From IMG/VR virus record IMGVR_UViG_3300037166_000075: DNA of 64,000 nt; one strand, written 5' to 3'. Positions 58,324 through 64,000 of the stretch are shown piece by piece; position 1 is the stretch's first letter; each line of letters opens with the position of its first letter. Origin of the DNA: an uncultured virus (IMG/VR IMGVR_UViG_3300037166_000075) (Duplodnaviria > Heunggongvirae > Uroviricota > Caudoviricetes). A program made the translations under genes and the position numbers. The notes under the pieces are model-generated. The model saw only the letters and a program-made list of their open reading frames with translations. It was not told the DNA's origin and searched no databases.

Positions 58324-58468
58324 CGGTCTTCTCCCTATCCTCCAGAGCGACCACCGTCGCGGTGGTCTGCGCTTGCTTGTCCACTGCGCTCTGTGCCGCG
58401 TCGCCGGCACGATACCCGGCGAGGTAGAGCAGGAACGCCTTGATTTTGGCCCAAAGCGTGAGCATCAA
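58250..58468 (-). CDS. Inner-membrane spanin-like protein (Rz-like, short)
   Basis: N-terminal hydrophobic patch, helical, overlaps the lipoprotein gene. Confidence 0.5.
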   Translation of the reverse strand: MMLTLWAKIKAFLLYLAGYRAGDAAQSAVDKQAQTTATVVALEDREKTDDAVAAASDTADRRELFNWASRSR

Positions 58469-59037
58469 TGCCCGGCCGGGAGGCCAACGGCGCGGAACAT
58501 GGCGGCCTCGGACATCGGAGCCGTCGCGGGAGCCTTGACCGAGCTGACGGACGAGATCAGTGATTGCAGCAAATTGTATGCGGTAGCCACTGCGTTGATC
58601 ACGGTGGCGACGGTGGATGCGTCAGCCGATGACAGCTTAGCTTCGATCGGTGCGACGCTCTCCTGCATATCGGTCAGGACCGTGCCGACATCGGCGAGCA
58701 CGGAGTCGAATGCCGCCTTGGCGCCGGTGCCGTCGTAGGTGAAGGTCAGGCTGCCGCTGGTGGCTGTGTCGAGCGCCTTGAGCGTGCCAGCCAGCGCCGT
58801 GCTGGCGGCATTGATGATCACGATGGCGGGGGCGCCGATGACGGACGCGACCGCTGCGATGGACAGCATCGTCGCGACAGCGGAAATTCCGACCTGAGCG
58901 TAGGAGTCCACGGTCTTGGTGTTGATCGTGACGGTGGTCACGCCATTGGTCGTGGTGGTGGTGCATGCCGCGAGACCGGCGGCTGTCAGGATCGCGGCGG
59001 TAGAGATGCCCCCGAGGCCGCGGCGAGAGAGGTTCAT
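58465..59037 (-). CDS. Tat-type lipoprotein
   Basis: LSRRGL twin-arginine motif plus LAA-C lipobox. Confidence 0.7.
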   Translation of the reverse strand: MNLSRRGLGGISTAAILTAAGLAACTTTTTNGVTTVTINTKTVDSYAQVGISAVATMLSIAAVASVIGAPAIVIINAASTALAGTLKALDTATSGSLTFTYDGTGAKAAFDSVLADVGTVLTDMQESVAPIEAKLSSADASTVATVINAVATAYNLLQSLISSVSSVKAPATAPMSEAAMFRAVGLPAGH

Positions 59038-59456
59038 GAATTTTGTCCTTTGATGGTTTCAGCAATCTTCGTCTGGCCGACGACGAGTTCAGTATGGTTT
59101 TCTGCCGACACTGCATCGACGTGAGTATCGCGGGCGACTTGAGTCGTCTGCGCAGTCTTGATAGCCTGAACGTCGTGCGCAACGGCCGCAATGTCCGCCA
59201 TGATGCTAGACGCAGCAGCCCAATTTTTTGTCGCCACGGCGGCAATCATGTCGCCGGCCAACTTGTTCATGTCGGCCTGGGTAGTCGGCGCCTCCGGCAG
59301 CACCATGGCGATGGCGCCGAAAACTGCCGCCGCAACCCCATGCGCCATTATAGCGTTGCCGTTCACCAGATAGGTGACAACGCCGGCGGCAGTGCCGACG
59401 AAAAGACTGATACCGATGATGGTAGAGGGCTGCTGCACCCACGTTTTGAAACTCAA
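59034..59456 (-). CDS. Putative holin (TTG start)
   Basis: AGGAG RBS; W..QPST..G then two TM helices; next to the endolysin. Confidence 0.65.
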   Translation of the reverse strand: MSFKTWVQQPSTIIGISLFVGTAAGVVTYLVNGNAIMAHGVAAAVFGAIAMVLPEAPTTQADMNKLAGDMIAAVATKNWAAASSIMADIAAVAHDVQAIKTAQTTQVARDTHVDAVSAENHTELVVGQTKIAETIKGQNS

Positions 59457-59473
59457 TGGATTCTCCTGTTGTT

Positions 59474-60061
59474 TCAAGTTTGAGACACGGCACCGATCGG
59501 AGCGATAGAAGCCGCTGCGGCCAATTTGATCGCCAGTGCTGTGCAGATGTTTAGGCGGGCAAGCCAACCATTGCCATCCTCCGGGAATTTCCGATCACTG
59601 CGGTAATCGGCTTCCATCTTGTTGCGAATCTTGATAATGGACTGCCCTGGGGTTCCAAATCCCCTGAGCGCCAGAAGTGTGATCGGACCAATTTTCCCAT
59701 CCACTCGGACGTCCAACATTCTCTGCAAGAGTATCGCGGCTGTCTCAGGACCGGCGTTGAGGGCGTGATCCGACAGCAGCACGTCCACGCCTGCCGGAAG
59801 GCCATCTCCGTTCACCACATTCCAGTAGTTCTCGTGAGAAATCTCCTTGATTTCTGACAGCCGAAGAAGATCGCGCATGTCGTCGGCGGTTAGGGTCTGG
59901 TCGTGACGCCAATCGCGCCATTCAGACAACTCGATGCCACGCCACGTCGGATTTTCCCGCGAGGGATCGTCGGCATTGAAGCCCCCCTCCTTGCCTCCTG
60001 GTGAGGTTTCGCTGACGCCGAATGCAAATTCACACCATGGATCAAACGATGATGCCGCCAT
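59474..60061 (-). CDS. Endolysin, glycoside hydrolase family 108-like
   Basis: EGG...D, T..GI, YW, LP.GVD...D...N.G, VDGKIGP.T, GW..R. Confidence 0.88.
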   Translation of the reverse strand: MAASSFDPWCEFAFGVSETSPGGKEGGFNADDPSRENPTWRGIELSEWRDWRHDQTLTADDMRDLLRLSEIKEISHENYWNVVNGDGLPAGVDVLLSDHALNAGPETAAILLQRMLDVRVDGKIGPITLLALRGFGTPGQSIIKIRNKMEADYRSDRKFPEDGNGWLARLNICTALAIKLAAAASIAPIGAVSQT

Positions 60062-60062
60062 A

Positions 60063-60668
60063 TCACCCCTCCACCAGTTCTTCGGGCACGACGCCCGGTG
60101 TCATCGGAATAATTGGCAGGCGCCGACCTGCAAAGAACTTGCGTTCTTCCTCCATCCCGAACGAAATATCCCAACAAGATGCTCGCAACTGGATCATGCC
60201 GCATGCGCACTCCATCATCGGCGCGTCGGCGTTCAGCCAAATGGCGTGCGAATAGGGGTCGATGTGGCCGTGTTCGGCGATAGGATGACTGTGGGCGATC
60301 GGCGAATAGACCTTGACTCCGGCCACGAGAAGACGAGCGGCTTCCTGGCATGCCTGTTCGGCAGCGAGGATGCTGACGATCTCATCGAGGCTCGCGTCGT
60401 CAGTTTGTACATCTGGTGGCGTGTAGTCCCGCTGTGTGCCGTCTCGGGGCGCATCGGCCGCGCCCGTCAGCCCCCGCGCTTCGGCCGCCCGCCATCGCCG
60501 CAGCACTGCGTCGGGTTTCATCCCGAGTGCCGCCGCCGCCGCCCACACGGCTGATCTGTGGCCGGCGTGGACCCGTCCGCCCGGCGGCACGGCGCCCTGT
60601 GCCGCGGCATCCTGAACGGCTGCCACAGTGCGATGTAGTTCGGCGGCGGATAGGGGATGAGTTGCCAT
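60063..60668 (-). CDS. Chimeric HTH / DUF1937-like protein
   Basis: HTH-like N-half; YSPIAHSHPIA...W..S.G..EE C-half lacking its usual N-terminal strand. Confidence 0.55.
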   Translation of the reverse strand: MATHPLSAAELHRTVAAVQDAAAQGAVPPGGRVHAGHRSAVWAAAAALGMKPDAVLRRWRAAEARGLTGAADAPRDGTQRDYTPPDVQTDDASLDEIVSILAAEQACQEAARLLVAGVKVYSPIAHSHPIAEHGHIDPYSHAIWLNADAPMMECACGMIQLRASCWDISFGMEEERKFFAGRRLPIIPMTPGVVPEELVEG

Positions 60669-60728
60669 CAGGGGGGGGGCCCAAACCGATCACGGAGACG
60701 CTGGCGGCCCTCCGTTCTGGTGTCTCGC

Positions 60729-61064
60729 TCACGGCCTGAGCACTCCCGCGTGGAAAAGAATCAGCGTCACCAGTCCCCCGACCAGCGCAGGGACTACCCA
60801 CGTCGCGAGTCGATTCGCGAACCCAAGCGCGCCCTGCCCACGCGCAAGTCGCATAGCAATATCAGTGGTTTGCGTCGCAAGTTCCTTGAACTTTTCGGAA
60901 ACTCCCTCGAAACCCCGATCAAGTTTTGTCTCAATGGTATCTATTCTTCGACTTGTAGCATCTTCTCCGCGTTCTACTTGCTTTTCCAGAGCGACAAGCT
61001 GACCCTTGACGAACTCAAGACGTTCCCCAAGAGAAAGAGGCTGAGAATACTGGTCATCTGCCAT
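60729..61064 (-). CDS. Coiled-coil protein with C-terminal TM (holin/XhlA-like)
   Basis: Heptad region then WVVPALVGGLVTLILF; precedes the lysis genes. Confidence 0.55.
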   Translation of the reverse strand: MADDQYSQPLSLGERLEFVKGQLVALEKQVERGEDATSRRIDTIETKLDRGFEGVSEKFKELATQTTDIAMRLARGQGALGFANRLATWVVPALVGGLVTLILFHAGVLRP

Positions 61065-61098
61065 TGCGCATCCTTCCAACGGCGCCTTGCGCGTGGGC

Positions 61099-61512
61099 TC
61101 AGGTCGGCGGCACAGCCATGAGCGCGTTCACCTGGGCCTGGGTCATATATGACTTCGATACGCAATAGTTGAGCAGCGTCGCGAGGGCCGGTTGCGTCAC
61201 ATCGACTATGCCGCCGTTCGCCACCACACCGTTCATCCAAGCATTGTAGTTGTCTGCCAAGGTGGTATCGCTCACCATCTTGGACCACATGCCCAGGCGG
61301 ATCGCCTGAGGTACCATAGCCATATACTGCGGCAGCGGCATCAACGGAGAAGGCGACGGGCTCGGCAAAACCCAGTCTGCTGGAGCCATACCAGAGAAGG
61401 CAGCATTTGCTTGAGCTTGACTGCACGGACCTATCGTAATTCCTCCGCGACCCCAAGAGCCGTCAGCGTTTTCGGTTACGGTCGCACCGAAGGCGTCGAT
61501 GAATGTGGTCAT
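61099..61512 (-). CDS. Tail fibre assembly-like hypothetical protein
   Basis: AAGGAG RBS; downstream of spike genes. Confidence 0.5.
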   Translation of the reverse strand: MTTFIDAFGATVTENADGSWGRGGITIGPCSQAQANAAFSGMAPADWVLPSPSPSPLMPLPQYMAMVPQAIRLGMWSKMVSDTTLADNYNAWMNGVVANGGIVDVTQPALATLLNYCVSKSYMTQAQVNALMAVPPT

Positions 61513-61696
61513 TACAAGGCTCCTTGCGCAGTAGCGCCTATCCCACCCGTACCGCCAGTGACGCCAGATAGACCTGCGACGATGTGCCGGAGGGGATGGC
61601 CGTGGCCGCGATGAACGGCGGGGGCATCGGCTGCGCCCACACCGGCCCTGCCAGCGGCAGAAGAAGCCCAAGAGTGGGGAGAAGAAGTCTGCGCAT
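61512..61696 (-). pseudogene. Remnant of a signal-peptide protein (52-aa ORF 61538-61696 plus out-of-frame Gly-rich tail)
   Basis: GAGAGG RBS; MRRLLLPTLGLLLPLAGPVWA-Q; another frame gives SGVTGGTGGIGATAQGAL-stop overlapping the next ATG. Confidence 0.5.
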
Positions 61697-61758
61697 TTTA
61701 ACCTCTCAAAAGATGCAGACCACAGCCTGCTGTTGCTACCACGCCGTGGCGACGACGA

Positions 61759-64000
61759 TTAATACGTGCTCAGCGCCGCGCGCTTCCAGGTGTTGGCAGC
61801 CGTGCAGGCGTAGACGTAATTGGCGTCCACGCCGACCTGCCCGGCCGTGCAGGTCGCATTGTCAGCAGGAGTGCCTGGCGTGACGCGCAGGGTATCGGCG
61901 GACACGCCTCCGGTCAGAGCCACGCCACCGCTGGTGAGATTGATGGCGCCAGTGCCCGCCGATATGGACATGGACGTGTTGAGTATCGCCGTCCCCGTCG
62001 CGGTCACATAGCCGGACCCGAACGTGACCGACGGCGCCGTCGTGTAGCCAGAGCCGGCGGCCGTGATCTGCGTCGTCGCGATGGACATGCCGATACCGCT
62101 GGCGGACCCGAGCGTGGGCGGCGTAGTGCAGGTGCCGCCCGTCAGCAGCGCCGGCTGCGCGGGAACGACCGTATAGTCGATGTCGCCGAAGGTCGGTCCG
62201 AACGTCGCGACCGTTCCCCCAGTCCCGATCGTCAACACCTTGAGCCGCTGCGGATTTGAACCGATGTACCGGCCACCCTGAACAGAAAGGATGTCATTCA
62301 CCGAGCATCCCGCGCCTAACGACAGAAGATTTGTCGTATTATAAGGCCCGGCAATGAAGACGCTCGTGGTAACGGCCGTTGCCTGTGTCCCGCCAACCGG
62401 GGGCGCACCTAGTGTAATCGACGGAAGGGCTGCCGAGCCGAATGGATAGAAGTATTCTCCACCGCTGTTCGTGAGATTGATGCTTCCGACGCTGCCGGTG
62501 CTGTTTATTGTCCCCACCGTAAGAACAGGCGGCGGGCTCCACGTTGGCGTAGCCTCGTAGCTCTGCCAGCCCGCGCCGAGGTTCACTTCGCCGGTGAACT
62601 CGGCGCTGGTCAGGTTCCAGTTGTTGGCATCGGGAAGCGAGAAATGTCCATCCACGGTCCAAGGGATGGCGGGGTTGAACATGGTCGCGCCAACAGTATC
62701 GACGCCGATCCAGACATTCGCGTCCGTTACCGTGGCGGAGGTGATCCCCGCGTCGCTGCTGAACACGCTGCCCGTCGCGTAGCTGTGCTGCGTCGCGAGC
62801 GTGAACTTCTGCAACAACGGGGTCGGGTTCGTCCCGGTCAGAAAAACCAGGTCCGTGAGGGGCGGCGTTTCTTCGTAGCCGAGGTCCAGGTCATACACGC
62901 GCGAGTTCGGGACCTCGTAGACCGTTACCCCGTGCCTATTCGGCGCGACCGGCAGGAAGTTGATCGATGCACCCTGGGCAACCCCGCTTCCCGTCACCGC
63001 CTGCGAGAGCGTGAGCGAGGCGCTGTTGATGATCGACGCGATGGTTGTGCCGGCCGGAATATTGGTGCCGGTCACGGCGAGGCCAGTGAGCAACGTCGAT
63101 GTCGGCACCGAGAGGGTCGTCCCGGAAGCCGTTGCCGCGGTCGTGGCCAGCGACGTGCCGGCCTGGGAGTTGCCCATGTAGGTATCGCCCCGGCCGTAGT
63201 GGTGCCGGGCGGCGGGGGCCGATTCCCACAATGGCGAACCGCCGCCGCTGGTTTCCAGGGCGCAGTTCGTGCAGGAAAACTCGTTGAAGCTCGTCGTGCT
63301 GCCGTTGTAGTTGACGACCGTCTGGAACGCGCTGGAAATATTCCAGTGATCCAGCCCGTCCTGGATTAGCGCGTACGCGGTGGGAGAGAGGTATCCATTG
63401 CTGGAAAATACCTTGGTGAACTCCGTTCCTTCGGCGGCGCCGTTGTAGATTGCGCCGTTCACGAAATTCCCGCTCACCGCGACGCTATCGAAGTGGTGCA
63501 GGTCCGCGGCGAGTCCCGACGAAATCCGGCCGAACTGAATGCCGTAAAGCGGCGTCGCCGCCGTATCCCCGTAAACCGAGAAGTCCTTCAGGTGCAGGAA
63601 CCGGGAACCGAGGGCGTCGATCACCGGGAACGGCGAGAAGCCGACCGTCGCGCCCTGGGCGACGCCTGCCCCGGTGACCGGCTGCGAGAGCGTGAGCGAC
63701 GTGCTGTTGATGATCGACGCGATCGCCGATCCCGCGACGATGTTCGCCCCGGATACCGGCATTCCCACCGCCAGCCCCGTCGTCGGGATGGCGAGCGTCG
63801 TGCCCGTCGTCGTGGCGGCCGTGGTGGCGAGCGATGTGGCCGCCGGAGACTTCCCCCAGATCGACGCGCCCGCGCCGTCGATCATGAAAAGCTGAGACTG
63901 AAAGCCCGTCCAGTTGATGCTGGATTTGACGACGGCATGGCACCCGGCCAGCGTCATCGACACCGCGCGCTGGTTGCCGGTGGTCGCAAGCTGCGTGCGC
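61759..64000 (-). CDS. Tail spike/depolymerase-like protein (5' partial)
   Basis: Frame open to the window end; beta-helix-like region; duplicated ~67-aa module; GSGYTTAPSVT; C-terminal C...YACTAANTWKR. Confidence 0.7.
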   Translation of the reverse strand, partial: RTQLATTGNQRAVSMTLAGCHAVVKSSINWTGFQSQLFMIDGAGASIWGKSPAATSLATTAATTTGTTLAIPTTGLAVGMPVSGANIVAGSAIASIINSTSLTLSQPVTGAGVAQGATVGFSPFPVIDALGSRFLHLKDFSVYGDTAATPLYGIQFGRISSGLAADLHHFDSVAVSGNFVNGAIYNGAAEGTEFTKVFSSNGYLSPTAYALIQDGLDHWNISSAFQTVVNYNGSTTSFNEFSCTNCALETSGGGSPLWESAPAARHHYGRGDTYMGNSQAGTSLATTAATASGTTLSVPTSTLLTGLAVTGTNIPAGTTIASIINSASLTLSQAVTGSGVAQGASINFLPVAPNRHGVTVYEVPNSRVYDLDLGYEETPPLTDLVFLTGTNPTPLLQKFTLATQHSYATGSVFSSDAGITSATVTDANVWIGVDTVGATMFNPAIPWTVDGHFSLPDANNWNLTSAEFTGEVNLGAGWQSYEATPTWSPPPVLTVGTINSTGSVGSINLTNSGGEYFYPFGSAALPSITLGAPPVGGTQATAVTTSVFIAGPYNTTNLLSLGAGCSVNDILSVQGGRYIGSNPQRLKVLTIGTGGTVATFGPTFGDIDYTVVPAQPALLTGGTCTTPPTLGSASGIGMSIATTQITAAGSGYTTAPSVTFGSGYVTATGTAILNTSMSISAGTGAINLTSGGVALTGGVSADTLRVTPGTPADNATCTAGQVGVDANYVYACTAANTWKRAALSTY

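Larger units (their letters stand above)
1..64000. mobile_element. Myovirus-type (P2/Mu-like tail) phage or prophage genome, near complete and apparently circularly permuted
   Basis: Terminase, portal, protease, capsid, sheath, tube, TMP, baseplate, lysis and replication modules are all present; tail genes occur at both window ends on the same strand. Confidence 0.95.

Overview
This window is almost all of a GC-rich tailed phage or prophage genome with a P2/Mu-like contractile tail. The host is probably an alphaproteobacterium, possibly Acetobacteraceae; this is inferred from GcrA-like and DUF6362/DUF6456-like genes. The map looks circularly permuted, with the cut in the tail-fibre region. 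Minus strand 290-34801 carries the late operon: terminase, a portal fused to several extra domains, a long prohead protease, capsid, neck, sheath/tube, tape measure, baseplate and fibres. Minus strand 35242-43938 carries replication and middle genes (AAA_25 helicase with an iteron/hairpin origin candidate, VRR-NUC, SF2 helicase, Cro-like). A mirror-symmetric pair of divergent promoters at 43944-44066 has no cI gene between them. Plus strand 44095-54641 carries early genes including GcrA-like and RtcB. Minus strand 54932-64000 carries the lysis module and more tail/depolymerase genes. No integrase, tRNA, CRISPR array or reverse transcriptase was recognised. Four observations stand out. (1) Five ORFs in the tail gene cluster have Sec-type signal peptides, and the larger ones have paired cysteines, suggesting periplasmically folded virion appendages. 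(2) A 678-bp transposase-less element with 22-bp terminal inverted repeats (TIRs) and an 8-bp target-site duplication carries a frameshifted mom-like gene, and a second copy of the same end sits beside a DNA-methyltransferase remnant. (3) The immunity region lacks a repressor. (4) A start-less, 97%-identical variant copy of part of a tail-spike gene lies at the left edge. All family assignments are from motif recognition by eye, not database searches.
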